Part shown: piece by piece, positions 29,094-39,317 of the stretch
How positions within the stretch are numbered: position 1 is the first letter of the stretch
Layout of the letters: the number at the start of each line of letters is the position of its first letter
Origin: a virus
Lineage: Duplodnaviria; Caudoviricetes
Virus record (IMG/VR): IMGVR_UViG_3300017989_000087
Span: 22,829-86,828 of that record
DNA length: 64,000 nt
Direction: 5' to 3' (one strand)
Notes under the pieces: model-generated
What the model saw: only the letters and a program-made list of their open reading frames with translations
Databases searched by the model: none
What the model was told of the DNA's origin: nothing
Position numbers and translations under genes: made by a program

Positions 29094-29264
29094 TCAAATA
29101 TATTCTGCGTCAGACATCAATTCTTTTTTTCTATTGATAATATCTACAACTCTTAGATATTCGTTGGTTATCAAAGACCGAATTATATCAGACTTTGTTC
29201 TTCCAACCAATAAAGACAGCTCTTCAAGTTGTTTGCTTTGTTCCTCAGTTAGTCTAACTCTCAT
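29094..29264 (-). CDS. Ribbon-helix-helix (CopG-like) DNA-binding protein (not in the ORF track)
   Basis: Manual translation MRVRLTEEQSKQLEELSLLVGRTKSDIIRSLI...; GTGA RBS. Confidence 0.7.
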   Translation of the reverse strand: MRVRLTEEQSKQLEELSLLVGRTKSDIIRSLITNEYLRVVDIINRKKELMSDAEYI

Positions 29265-29409
29265 TTTTATCACTTTTGTTGCGTTTACCCTACCCTAAAC
29301 GATTCAAATATGCAATTTCGTGGATTTGTGTACCCAACAGGACTACGTTGGTGGATACGCACGTATACCCAATTGACTACAAAAACCCCTATATGTGCCA
29401 GCACCCATT

Positions 29410-30270
29410 TTATTTTCCATATAATAGCTCATCCAATGCACAATTTGTCCATTTTCCTTTACCAGAATCAGTATTAACTTCCGCAAGCACAACTTCAGCA
29501 CCTTCTCTACTTAGATCATGCTTGGACTTTTCCAATTTCATTTTCAAATACACAACATCATCTTCTTCTTCCCGTGTAACATTTATTTTTTGGAACATCA
29601 TATTTTCCATTCCGCTTAACCAATCTGGTTCCCAATGATCAAATACCAAATTCTTGTCTTTGAATGTTTTAACTTCTTTGTAATGACCAATGAAATATCT
29701 ATCACAATTCATATTCTTAAGTGGAACGACAACATTATAGAAATTCATATTTCTTCTTTCCCATTCCTTTATGTCTATTTGGGTTTTTCCTGTAACATCC
29801 ATTCCAAGATCTAACTTCATTTTATACATAGCCCAATTTTTTAATGTGCCAAGTCCATCAAGAACAACAGCCTTTACATTGTCAACATCATCTGATCTTA
29901 TGTATGACACTATGGCTTTTAATCTATTGTAAGAAGATATGTGATCTACACTACCTGTTTCATCAAACTCAATTGGAGAAACAACGATAATATTTTCATC
30001 ATCACTCCAATACTCTTCCTTTATCGGAGCAGCACTATCATCCATGTCTATAACTATGACTTTCATTCCTTTCTTCTTTTCTTCTTCATTTCTACAATCC
30101 ATACATGCCCCAGTTTTTCCAACACCGTCAAAACCATATAGCGCAGCACATACAGAGGAATGCTTTTCAGTCTCTTTAGACTTTTCAAAAATGTCTTTAG
30201 CCATTTCCTTTGTGAATATCTTTTTATTTTCATCCTTATCTTCTTTATTCAAAGAGTCCCATCCTGACAT
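29410..30270 (-). CDS. AAA_24/Sak4-like recombination ATPase
   Basis: YGFDGVGKT Walker A, VIDMD, VVLDG, FIGH. Confidence 0.7.
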   Translation of the reverse strand: MSGWDSLNKEDKDENKKIFTKEMAKDIFEKSKETEKHSSVCAALYGFDGVGKTGACMDCRNEEEKKKGMKVIVIDMDDSAAPIKEEYWSDDENIIVVSPIEFDETGSVDHISSYNRLKAIVSYIRSDDVDNVKAVVLDGLGTLKNWAMYKMKLDLGMDVTGKTQIDIKEWERRNMNFYNVVVPLKNMNCDRYFIGHYKEVKTFKDKNLVFDHWEPDWLSGMENMMFQKINVTREEEDDVVYLKMKLEKSKHDLSREGAEVVLAEVNTDSGKGKWTNCALDELLYGK

Positions 30271-30274
30271 AATA

Positions 30275-30520
30275 TCACCTTATATAATCACTCTGCTTAT
30301 TACTCATTTCCTTTTTATCTGTTTTTCTTACCCAAACAAATTCCCAAGTTTCTGTTTCATCATCATCCAACTGGTATGACCAAGTTAATCTAGCTTTGCA
30401 CTTTGGACACCAGCCTTCAAATGATGCATAGTTTGTTCCCTTGGTCATTGATATGGTCTTTACATCAATGGCCTTGGTTCCACACTTGTAACATATGCTT
30501 TTAACCGGATCTTTTCTCAT
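30275..30520 (-). CDS. Zinc-finger protein
   Basis: CYKC...CPKC. Confidence 0.55.
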   Translation of the reverse strand: MRKDPVKSICYKCGTKAIDVKTISMTKGTNYASFEGWCPKCKARLTWSYQLDDDETETWEFVWVRKTDKKEMSNKQSDYIR

Positions 30521-30558
30521 AGTAACACCTTGTTTTTGTCATTTAAAAATATTATCCT

Positions 30559-30822
30559 TCAATTGGTAAATACAAAATCATCATCAGAATCGAAAGTCAA
30601 ATCAATCTCTTCATATTTTGAAGTGTCGATATTTGTTCTTTCCCATTCACCAATTATTGTGGCACATTGAGATAGACAAAGATTGCAATAGGGTCCAATC
30701 ATGTATTTGCGTTTATTATTATTCCTAACGACAAACCATATCTCTGCAAGATCTTCTTCATTCATTTTTCTTCCGCATCTTTTACACTTAGTCATTTCTA
30801 TCATCCAACAGCATTGCAACAA
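30559..30822 (-). CDS. Zinc-finger protein
   Basis: CKRC...CNLC; the true start is likely MTKCKR. Confidence 0.5.
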   Translation of the reverse strand: MLQCCWMIEMTKCKRCGRKMNEEDLAEIWFVVRNNNKRKYMIGPYCNLCLSQCATIIGEWERTNIDTSKYEEIDLTFDSDDDFVFTN

Positions 30823-31513
30823 CTAATCCCATCATCACTCTATTCATGGAAACCATAGGAGATTCATTTTGAAATTGTTTGTGAATGTATGATATGTTTC
30901 CATTTATGAATGATTGTGCTATGTCATACATCAATTCTGGTTCCTTATTTAATTCATATGATTGAAAATGAATTCCGAAAACTCTTTTATTATTTGCACC
31001 GATAACATATCCTTTTTCTTTTGCTCTTATACAAAAGTCTTTATCTTCTCCTTTTCCACCAGAATAAATATAATTTTTAAATCCAACATCTTTTGCCTTT
31101 TTTACATCAACAAAAGTTAAGCCCATGCCACAACCCCATTTATGGAGCATGGTATAATCCCAATTGACCATATTTAAATTTCTTCCACGAATTGCAATTG
31201 CTTTGTCATTCTTCTTGAATCCATCCAATATAGGTTCTGGATCTCTTATCAGTTCAACATCTGCATCAACAAACAATATATAATCTGTTTCGGATGTTTC
31301 AAGAGCTATTTGTCTTGATACACCGACCCCACCTTGAATATTAGCAATGATTTCATCGGCAAGAGGTTCAACATATTTTAGCGTGTCATCCTCACTATTA
31401 TCATCAATAACCTTTATTTTGTTTGCACTCTTACAAAATCTTTTTATAGATTTTAAACATGAAGATATGCAAAGTTCCTCATCATGTGTTAAAACGTAAA
31501 CGTCATATTTCAT
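30788..31513 (-). CDS. Family 2 (GT-A) glycosyltransferase
   Basis: VIDDNSED, FVDAD (DXD), GEDKDF. Confidence 0.85.
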   Translation of the reverse strand: MKYDVYVLTHDEELCISSCLKSIKRFCKSANKIKVIDDNSEDDTLKYVEPLADEIIANIQGGVGVSRQIALETSETDYILFVDADVELIRDPEPILDGFKKNDKAIAIRGRNLNMVNWDYTMLHKWGCGMGLTFVDVKKAKDVGFKNYIYSGGKGEDKDFCIRAKEKGYVIGANNKRVFGIHFQSYELNKEPELMYDIAQSFINGNISYIHKQFQNESPMVSMNRVMMGLVVAMLLDDRND

Positions 31514-31546
31514 ACAAACACCAAAAAAAATAAAGAAAGAGAAAGT

Positions 31547-32620
31547 TTAGTCCCCTTCATCAACTTCCTCTTCTTCGGAATATTCATCTTCTGGCGGTTC
31601 TGTGTGTTGGGGAATTGGATAGATACCATCAGCACTTATGTTGTAATACATATTGCCTTGGTATTCAGACTTCTTTGCTTTGCCAGTAACAACAAGCAAT
31701 GTACCCGGACCAAAATTTACAAGATCCGTCAGATGGTCATTTACCCACACGGTAACAGTTGTATCGGTTAATGATTCATCATATATTGTTACTGGTATTG
31801 AACCCCTACTACTCTTAGAACCAACGGACAACACAGTTCCCATAGTAATGATGAAATACGTCCAATCATCAGAACACATTTGGGCAGCGTCATCCATTTC
31901 CTCAAGTTTATAGATATATTTGTCAAATATATTTGACTCCAGAATATCTATAATAGAAGGCATATCCTTCTTTCCAGACTTTCTGAATTTGGTTCTGTTG
32001 CTGTGGTTCAATTCCAATTCGCCAGCATCAGTCCTGACATTTGCTCTGAAAGAAACAGGTTCAAACAATGGGGGTTGCTCAAACTGAGCTACATCATCCC
32101 TTGTGTTTAGCCTGAATACTTCTGCCTTTCCATCTGGTCTTTTTGTAGCAACGCCATATTGGAATCTCTTATACTCAGGTCTTAGTTCCTTTCCCTTTCT
32201 GGGGTTAGGTCTTCCGTATTTCTTTTCTCTGGGATCTAGAACGACTGGATTTCCGTCATCGTCCACTTTCACTAGTTCGTCTTTGATTGCTTGTGATGGA
32301 TTTCTCTCATATGCAGCCAAAGCCTCTCTTCGTATATTCCATACACCATCTTTGAGTCCTCTGTCGCCAACAACATATCCATCAAATGTTGGTGCATCAG
32401 ACATCTCTTCGCCTCTTATTTGTGCCCTTAGATATCTTACTGTGCCTTCTAGGGCTTCTTGTTCATTTAACCCTCTGTCTGAACGCTTCTGCATTTCTCG
32501 TGTGACAATAACATCACACTCTTCATCAGTTGCATTCATAACTTCTTTCAGAGCAGTTCTTGCCTTGTCCAAATCTCTTTGAAGTTCCTCTACACTTTTC
32601 TTTGCTTTAAACAAACCCAA
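31547..32620 (-). CDS. Putative OB-fold single-stranded DNA-binding protein (RPA-like)
   Basis: GGAGG RBS with TTG start; C-terminal OB-like VTIYDE...VTVW...LVVTGKAK...YNISA; acidic tail. Confidence 0.6.
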   Translation of the reverse strand: MGLFKAKKSVEELQRDLDKARTALKEVMNATDEECDVIVTREMQKRSDRGLNEQEALEGTVRYLRAQIRGEEMSDAPTFDGYVVGDRGLKDGVWNIRREALAAYERNPSQAIKDELVKVDDDGNPVVLDPREKKYGRPNPRKGKELRPEYKRFQYGVATKRPDGKAEVFRLNTRDDVAQFEQPPLFEPVSFRANVRTDAGELELNHSNRTKFRKSGKKDMPSIIDILESNIFDKYIYKLEEMDDAAQMCSDDWTYFIITMGTVLSVGSKSSRGSIPVTIYDESLTDTTVTVWVNDHLTDLVNFGPGTLLVVTGKAKKSEYQGNMYYNISADGIYPIPQHTEPPEDEYSEEEEVDEGD

Positions 32621-32678
32621 CTCTATTCCTCCATTTATACAATACTATACATACATACTTTGGTGATTTAAAAATGTT

Positions 32679-33059
32679 TCACCACTTACGCAAAATTTTG
32701 TCTGATATGTTGTCTTTAGATTTTATCAGTTTTAAATGTATTCCTTTCTCAGAATCAAAAACTCCTTTGGTCATTTCGAAAACACCTTTCAATGATTTCG
32801 ACCTAACTTTCCAGTTTCCCATAAGTTGGTTATATGCCAAATTTGAGTCAATCCTCAGTTCCCACTCTTCGTTCATATGAGCACATATAAAGGAAAATAT
32901 TCCCAAATACTCTGCAATATGCGAAGATGGTTTTTCAATACCAAAACCGTTTGCTTGAATTCCTTCAACATATTCCTTTTTTGTATCTGTTTCAATCCAA
33001 CCAAAGACAAACATATTTCTTTCTTCCTTGTATGAACCATCTGAATATCCTATTCTCAT
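32679..33059 (-). CDS. RNase HI-like protein
   Basis: YSDGS, HIAEYLGI, IDSNL...QLMGNWKV, NISDKI. Confidence 0.8.
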   Translation of the reverse strand: MRIGYSDGSYKEERNMFVFGWIETDTKKEYVEGIQANGFGIEKPSSHIAEYLGIFSFICAHMNEEWELRIDSNLAYNQLMGNWKVRSKSLKGVFEMTKGVFDSEKGIHLKLIKSKDNISDKILRKW

Positions 33060-33455
33060 TCATACCAGCCCATGTCTATCTGCGAAATCGTCTATCTTCT
33101 TTAAACTTTCTTCACTTGGATGACTAACACCACTTATCCACTCAGAAAGAATTGAAGACGATATTCCCAGATTTCTCGAAAAATTTTCTCTTGTTTTGTA
33201 TTTTCTTATACCAAAACTTATTACGTCTTTTGTTCTTATTTTTGGTTCTCTATATGAAAAGAGGTAATCTCCTTTTTCTTTTTTTACCGTTACATCTTCG
33301 CATTTTTTTAATATTAATCTTGCTTTCTTGTTTGAAACGTATATTCTCTTGTATTCAGAACTGATCCATTTAGTTATATCATTAAGATATGCATTTGATC
33401 CAAGCTCTCTTAGTGCTAGTCTCACTAGTCTTGTTTCTGTCTTATTTAGTGCCAT
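33060..33455 (-). CDS. HTH transcription regulator (winged helix plus Cro/XRE-like)
   Basis: TRENFSRNLGISSSILSEWISGVSHPS; upstream TTTATAA box. Confidence 0.7.
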   Translation of the reverse strand: MALNKTETRLVRLALRELGSNAYLNDITKWISSEYKRIYVSNKKARLILKKCEDVTVKKEKGDYLFSYREPKIRTKDVISFGIRKYKTRENFSRNLGISSSILSEWISGVSHPSEESLKKIDDFADRHGLV

Positions 33456-33491
33456 GTTTCATTAAATTGTTTAACTAGCTTATAAATCTTT

Positions 33492-33755
33492 TCATATATC
33501 ACCATTTCTTTTTATTGCATCATCTTCATGAGGATTTAATACTTTCCTTCTGTATTCTTCTTTAGCACAGTCCAACACTCTTATAGCATTAGACTTTGTT
33601 ATCCAACCATCTTTTCCAAAAACTTCTTTTATCAATTTGTAGACTATGTATGTTGAATCTTCGGTTACGTGGTCTCTATTATATTTGAGAGAATCAACAA
33701 GTCTGCATATATCATAGTCATAGTCTTTTCTTCTTTCTTTTGATATATATGGCAT
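33492..33755 (-). CDS. Conserved phage-type hypothetical protein
   Basis: MPYISKERR...YRRKVLNPHEDDAIKRNGDI pattern. Confidence 0.55.
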   Translation of the reverse strand: MPYISKERRKDYDYDICRLVDSLKYNRDHVTEDSTYIVYKLIKEVFGKDGWITKSNAIRVLDCAKEEYRRKVLNPHEDDAIKRNGDI

Positions 33756-33756
33756 T

Positions 33757-33969
33757 TCAATCATACCCCATTTGCACAACCAATTTGTCATCCAGATGTA
33801 CTTCATCCAGATGAGCATTTTCCAGAACATGTTTCAATTTTCTTGCTGCGTCATTGTTTGGACAAAAAAATGATATCCAACCTTTCTCATCCAATGATGG
33901 TCTAGATTCCCAAACAATAACATCTACCTCAAAATAGGTCTTGCCCTTTTCTCTTCTAACAAAAACCAT
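33757..33969 (-). CDS. Hypothetical protein
   Basis: GGAGTGA RBS; operonic. Confidence 0.45.
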   Translation of the reverse strand: MVFVRREKGKTYFEVDVIVWESRPSLDEKGWISFFCPNNDAARKLKHVLENAHLDEVHLDDKLVVQMGYD

Positions 33970-33973
33970 AAAA

Positions 33974-35143
33974 TCACTCCAACAACTTCACACATTGTTC
34001 ATTTTTATTTCTGTAACTTGTTTTTCTTTCACGAGTAATCAAATCTTCTTTTTGACAATCATATATCATCTTGTTTCCTTGATGGTAATTTATTCCAAAA
34101 TCAGCCAATATATCTCTAACGGATCTTTCAGGAACCCAATCATCGCCGTGTTTCGTTTTCAAATCTTTTATTATTTGCAACACCTGTGAAAGATCTGGCC
34201 CACGCTTTACATCTGCTCTCCAGATATATTCAAAGTCAAGAAGATTTTTTAATTCTCTATCATATGAAACAACAATTTCATCAGTAAAATGTTTTGACAT
34301 AACAGTATAACCAAGACCTATCTTTTTGTAGATTATCTGTTCATACGGCATTATATTGAATTGATGAATATAATCATAAAATGATTTGTCAAAAATTACA
34401 TTTTCTACATTGTGAAGATCCATGTATATATTCTTTATATTTCTTCTTATCTTGTCTATTGCTATGCTATCATGTCCAACATTTTCTCCTTCACGATTTG
34501 CTTCAAGCAATCGTTTTCTATCATTTTCTGAGGGAATGAATTCGAGAAACAAAAATCTTCTTCCAGTTCCTTGGCTCAGATCGTATCTCAATGGTTGTGC
34601 TCCTGTCCACAAAGTCAAGTTTGTTTTGTAATCTAATTTATCTTGACCCAATCCTTTTCTAACATAACCAGATTCTAGTGCTGTACACAAAGCATCTTCA
34701 AGTGTAGATGAATGTGATGTTACCATTGTCTCAGATAGCGCATGAAATTCATCAACGCACAAAACATTTTTTCTGTATTCCCAAGCAGCACCTTTTCTTT
34801 TCTTTACACCATTTGATCCTGTATAGACAGTTCCCGAAAACCTTGCTTCAGTCATTCTGTCTTCCCAAACTGGTCCAATATCTGTATGTGAAAACAATCC
34901 AAGATCTTCGTGGCCTAGAACTTTCATGTGGAATGATTTCCCAAATCCGGGTTGAGTAACAAAAAATACATGCAATCTTGTATCAACAGGCAATCCATGC
35001 GATGCATATATGGTGTGGTTTTTATTGTAAAGATTAAACAAATGACAACCAGCAGAACATATATAATAAGGAAAGAATCTTTCAACATATGCTATTTTCA
35101 TGTTGCGAAGATAATCTAGTATATCGGTATATACAGGTGGCAT
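33974..35143 (-). CDS. MCM-like AAA+ ATPase/helicase
   Basis: QPGFGKS, LCVDEF, ALESGYV, NLTLWTGAQP, RRF arginine finger. Confidence 0.7.
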   Translation of the reverse strand: MPPVYTDILDYLRNMKIAYVERFFPYYICSAGCHLFNLYNKNHTIYASHGLPVDTRLHVFFVTQPGFGKSFHMKVLGHEDLGLFSHTDIGPVWEDRMTEARFSGTVYTGSNGVKKRKGAAWEYRKNVLCVDEFHALSETMVTSHSSTLEDALCTALESGYVRKGLGQDKLDYKTNLTLWTGAQPLRYDLSQGTGRRFLFLEFIPSENDRKRLLEANREGENVGHDSIAIDKIRRNIKNIYMDLHNVENVIFDKSFYDYIHQFNIMPYEQIIYKKIGLGYTVMSKHFTDEIVVSYDRELKNLLDFEYIWRADVKRGPDLSQVLQIIKDLKTKHGDDWVPERSVRDILADFGINYHQGNKMIYDCQKEDLITRERKTSYRNKNEQCVKLLE

Positions 35144-35181
35144 TCAATCACTCCTAATATTACACACCACAATTTAAAAAT

Positions 35182-35829
35182 TTATCCCTTATACAGTTCC
35201 TGTATCGAGTTGTATGTTCTTTTGCTAAACCCAAGCTTCTTAATCTCTTTCTCAGACGCATTTATAACTCCCTCTATGCTTCCAAATTCATCTATCAACA
35301 ATTTGGCTTTTTCCACGCTTACGCCCCAAGTGAAACTTAATGAAATCAATCTCAATCTTTTCATATGCTTTTTTGTTACTTTTGGACACCACAATTTTTC
35401 TTCAATTATTTTCTGAGAAATTTTGTCTATTACTGTTATTGCTTGTTCATTGTTCTTAACCCAAATAATATTTAATCCATTTCTAACAGCCAAAGATGCA
35501 ATTGCACCAAAGAATTGTCCCTTGTGGAAAGGACGTTTCTTCATTCTTGCAACCATATATATATCTTCAATATCACCAACTATAATAAGAAAGTTAGCAG
35601 GATATTCTGTCATCATAGTCAATGATTGTTTTTTCATTCTGTTTCCAAGAGATGATACAAAATCGGCAACCGTTTTTCTTTCAAACACAGCTCTTACTTT
35701 ATCATCATCCATAAGCACAAAATCTGAAAATGTTCTCACTATTTTGTAAGAAGTCTTCATCTTTTTGAGAGGCTTTTCCATGATTTCTTTTTCTTTTCCT
35801 CTTAGATCTACAAGTATTTCAGTCGTCAT
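35182..35829 (-). CDS. ERCC4/XPF-family nuclease with HhH
   Basis: VDLRGKE, SDF, ERKTVADFVSS, IIVGD, C-terminal FGSIEGVINASEKE. Confidence 0.88.
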   Translation of the reverse strand: MTTEILVDLRGKEKEIMEKPLKKMKTSYKIVRTFSDFVLMDDDKVRAVFERKTVADFVSSLGNRMKKQSLTMMTEYPANFLIIVGDIEDIYMVARMKKRPFHKGQFFGAIASLAVRNGLNIIWVKNNEQAITVIDKISQKIIEEKLWCPKVTKKHMKRLRLISLSFTWGVSVEKAKLLIDEFGSIEGVINASEKEIKKLGFSKRTYNSIQELYKG

Positions 35830-35838
35830 TGTTTAATA

Positions 35839-36429
35839 TTAAAGATCGCCACTTAAATATCTTTTCCCTTTATCAATTTCTAACTCTTTTATTTGATTAA
35901 AATCGGAAGCCTTTGGAAACAAATGCATATATGTAAAATAATCAATCACTCCTATAGCATTATATTTTATTTTGTCTCTCCAAACTCCTTTGAAAACCCA
36001 AGGGAACTTAAAATAATATGCACAAAATTCTTCGGTTCCACCAACATCTATTTTATAAGATTGATCGCTACTATAACTAAAACCAAGACCTTTTAATTTA
36101 TATTTTATTGCATCATCATCGTGCTTCCAAGATTTATGCGGTAAAACAAAATTGAAATAATATCCATTTATTATTACCTTTTTAATTGTATCATCAATAA
36201 AAGAATCTTCATATCCCTTCTTGTTTCTCAATCTTAGATTTTTATCCTTGAACTTTTTATTTAATTTATCAACTACCACTTTTGATACCATCTTTCTTTT
36301 TGAATAACCGTATTTTCTCTGCATACACATTTCACAGGTTCTTCGGATAATCTTTGATACCTTATCATTTTCAAACGAATATAAAAGAAACTCGCTCCAA
36401 AAATCTACGTCAGAAGTATCTGGGATCAT
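35839..36429 (-). CDS. Hypothetical protein
   Basis: 196-aa operonic ORF; no confident family. Confidence 0.5.
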   Translation of the reverse strand: MIPDTSDVDFWSEFLLYSFENDKVSKIIRRTCEMCMQRKYGYSKRKMVSKVVVDKLNKKFKDKNLRLRNKKGYEDSFIDDTIKKVIINGYYFNFVLPHKSWKHDDDAIKYKLKGLGFSYSSDQSYKIDVGGTEEFCAYYFKFPWVFKGVWRDKIKYNAIGVIDYFTYMHLFPKASDFNQIKELEIDKGKRYLSGDL

Positions 36430-36590
36430 TTATTTTTCCTCTTACGTTCCTTGATTATCTCATCCGCAGCTTCATTTAACATCTTCCAATTTATTTTTGG
36501 TTCATCATGACAAATTGGACACGGCTTCGGATGATATTCAAACCCAGTTCCACACTTCTTGCACACCCAATTAATTTTGTGTTCTGCCAT
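36426..36590 (-). CDS. Small zinc-ribbon protein (not in the ORF track)
   Basis: Manual translation MAEHKINWVCKKCG...CPICH; ATGA overlap downstream. Confidence 0.5.
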   Translation of the reverse strand: MAEHKINWVCKKCGTGFEYHPKPCPICHDEPKINWKMLNEAADEIIKERKRKNK

Positions 36591-36595
36591 TTATA

Positions 36596-38251
36596 TCACA
36601 TATATCCAAAAACATCTCTCAATACTTTCATTTTCTTTTCTTTCTGCGGATTTCTACCAGCTCTTTCTGATGTCGGATCTACTTCGGTACATGGTTCACA
36701 ATCTAAACTTCTGTATCCCTGTGCATATAACGGATTTATAGGAATGTGGTATAGACGAATTGCAGACCATATATCGCTTTCACTATAATCAATAACAGGA
36801 TGTATTCTATCATATTCATATCCTGTGTTTGTGGTTCTATGTGAAAACAATGTTTCGTCCTTCCAAGCGGGATTGGTCCTTCTTATTGCTGTCATAACCC
36901 CATCAAAGTTTTCTTTTTCAATCAATTCATTGAATGGCTTTGCTTTTAGAGTTGCACAACATTCGGTTGATCCTATCTCAAAATTTCTTTTGCCCCTGTA
37001 TTTTCCTATAAACAGTTCCGAATTATAGTAATTATTAAACTTTTCCAGAGTTTGCATAGTTTCATCAAAATGTAATCCTGTATCAACAAACAGAAGATTT
37101 AATTTATCAAAAACCTTTGAAGCAAAGTATAACATAACAGATGAATTTTTTCCAGTTGCTGTTGCAAATCCAATGTTATTATATTTTTCTTTTGCCTTTG
37201 TCAAATTGCCCAACAATTCATATGTCTTATTTGTAACTCTGGGATCAACCTTGTCTATTAATGATTTGGGAAATTCTTCGCTTGTTGGTATTTCAACATA
37301 TTCAGATGAATTATTTGTAACAAACATATATGAACTTTTCGCAGTAAATATTCTCCTTGGATTGACATAAGGATATTCAACATAAGCAAAATCCTGAAAC
37401 GGTGTTTCATAATCTAGTATTTTGGGTATCTCCTTTAGAGATATCACATCCCCAGAATTGCCAACCGAATTTTCTGATCTGACACACAAAGGAACATGGA
37501 CAACATAATCATTCATAAAATAATATCCATGACCATATGGTTGTTTATAATTATAGTTATCTCCATGATCCGCTGTTACAACAATATCTGCGTCTTCTTT
37601 CGATAATTCTATAAGAAGTTCATCCATGTCTTGGATCGCATTTTTCTGATAGTTATATATTTTTTTTATTTTATCTTCCCAGTATGGAAGAGGTGAATTG
37701 TTTCTTTCGAGAAATTTCTTATGAACATTTGATAATTTCATATAGTTATATACCTTTGGTTCTTTTTGATTATGAGTAATAAAAGGCTGATGCGTATCTG
37801 CAACTTGAAACCACGCAATATAAGGTTCTTTTTTTAATTCATTAAATTTTCTTAAACAATCAATAAATAATGGAAATGGCTTATTTTTTCTCATATGGGT
37901 TCCCCTTGGTGTAATAGGTTCATCAACAACAACATCAATTCCATCTGGGGTTCCAATCTCTGTTGAAAACCACGGCAACCCTGTAAAAACGTATGTGTTG
38001 TATCCCATTTCTTTGTAAATTTCAAATATGTTTTTCTTCAACAAAATAAAACGTTGTCTTACAGTTGTGCATCTGTGAGGATATTCACCAGTTATCATAG
38101 AGGAAACAGATGGCAAAGTCCAAGTAGATGGAGAATAAGCTTTGTCAAAATTTTGCCAACCTCTGTTAAAGGTCATATTAGAATCATCAAATATTTGCTT
38201 ACATACGCTGTCCAAACAAACTATAATTTTATTCCTCATAATATTCACCAA
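36596..38251 (-). CDS. Fusion of sulfatase/alkaline-phosphatase-superfamily domain and PAPS-reductase/CysD-family domain
   Basis: N-terminal CLDS, TWTLPSVSSMITGEYP, TADHG, HVPL; C-terminal TGKNSS, DTGLHF, CCATLK, GYRSLDCEPCT, ERAGR. Confidence 0.85.
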   Translation of the reverse strand: MVNIMRNKIIVCLDSVCKQIFDDSNMTFNRGWQNFDKAYSPSTWTLPSVSSMITGEYPHRCTTVRQRFILLKKNIFEIYKEMGYNTYVFTGLPWFSTEIGTPDGIDVVVDEPITPRGTHMRKNKPFPLFIDCLRKFNELKKEPYIAWFQVADTHQPFITHNQKEPKVYNYMKLSNVHKKFLERNNSPLPYWEDKIKKIYNYQKNAIQDMDELLIELSKEDADIVVTADHGDNYNYKQPYGHGYYFMNDYVVHVPLCVRSENSVGNSGDVISLKEIPKILDYETPFQDFAYVEYPYVNPRRIFTAKSSYMFVTNNSSEYVEIPTSEEFPKSLIDKVDPRVTNKTYELLGNLTKAKEKYNNIGFATATGKNSSVMLYFASKVFDKLNLLFVDTGLHFDETMQTLEKFNNYYNSELFIGKYRGKRNFEIGSTECCATLKAKPFNELIEKENFDGVMTAIRRTNPAWKDETLFSHRTTNTGYEYDRIHPVIDYSESDIWSAIRLYHIPINPLYAQGYRSLDCEPCTEVDPTSERAGRNPQKEKKMKVLRDVFGYM

Positions 38252-39101
38252 ACATTAGTTTATCGAATGAAACTCCTGTGTATTTACTGACAGCATTGAC
38301 TGTATCAACAATGTCTTCGTTCTCACACAACAGTTTAATATCATCATCATTTAAATATCTTTTGTAAGAGTTATCAACAAATATCTCTTTGTAATTATCT
38401 TTATAAATAGAATCAGAACCAATTTTATATATATCGTTCATAAAGTAATTAGCACCTATGTTTCCACCAATATTATGATGATGTGTGTTTTCCCAGAACC
38501 TATGCATACCATCCCTATAAGGAAATCCAGACATATCACATATTCTTTTCACAGTATTTTCTGGTTCTTTTGCGAAATCCTCATATATTATGACAATGGG
38601 ATTAAGTCCCAACAAACGTGGAATATTTCTTTTGAATACGTTAATGGCATATTCCAAAGATTTTGACCAAATGGGAACATTGTCTATAATTCTTTCATCC
38701 TTGCCAACAGTAACACCAAAAGAAACGGATCTAACTCTATGTTTAACACAACTGGCAGCAAACCTTATTGGATTTTTATATAGAAATATTTTTGTTTTAT
38801 TATAATAATCACCATTCAATTTTTCGTACCATGCTGGAAACTTCGAAGAATCAATTATAAAATCTTTACCCGTAAATTCTGAGACAACCCTATATACGTC
38901 ATCAACATTGCTTTCTTTGATTGATTTACATAGCTTGCAATTTTCTATTTTTGTGTTGCACGATATACATCTACAATTTTTTCTTTTAAAAATACTATAT
39001 AATTCTCCAACAGTAACAGAATCTTCGTGGTTGCCCAACATGTATGATAATGCTGTTGAACCGCAGAATGTTGTTCCAAGTATTTGGATTACATTAATCA
39101 T
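38229..39101 (-). CDS. Sulfotransferase (P-loop fold) paralog 1
   Basis: GTTFCGSTAL, VGE, IIDSSK, YEDF, HHNIGGN. Confidence 0.75.
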   Translation of the reverse strand: MINVIQILGTTFCGSTALSYMLGNHEDSVTVGELYSIFKRKNCRCISCNTKIENCKLCKSIKESNVDDVYRVVSEFTGKDFIIDSSKFPAWYEKLNGDYYNKTKIFLYKNPIRFAASCVKHRVRSVSFGVTVGKDERIIDNVPIWSKSLEYAINVFKRNIPRLLGLNPIVIIYEDFAKEPENTVKRICDMSGFPYRDGMHRFWENTHHHNIGGNIGANYFMNDIYKIGSDSIYKDNYKEIFVDNSYKRYLNDDDIKLLCENEDIVDTVNAVSKYTGVSFDKLMFGEYYEE

Positions 39102-39317
39102 TGGTCCACACCCAATACTTGTCGCCACAAACACTACATTTCATCAATTTTGCGTCTTTATCATGTTTTGTTGCTCTCTCCTGTAAACATTATCCTTGTG
39201 TTTCCGCTGAATTTCTCTTTATCATATTTCACATAGCATTTAACACATACAAATCTATCATCCTCATGAACAACTGGTTCATCTTCTTCATCCTGCTTTG
39301 TTATATTTAATGGCAAT

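Noticed and set aside
29281-29405. Two short hairpins in the gap downstream of the Sak4-like gene
   Set aside because: The stems are short or imperfect and match no RNA family I recognise.
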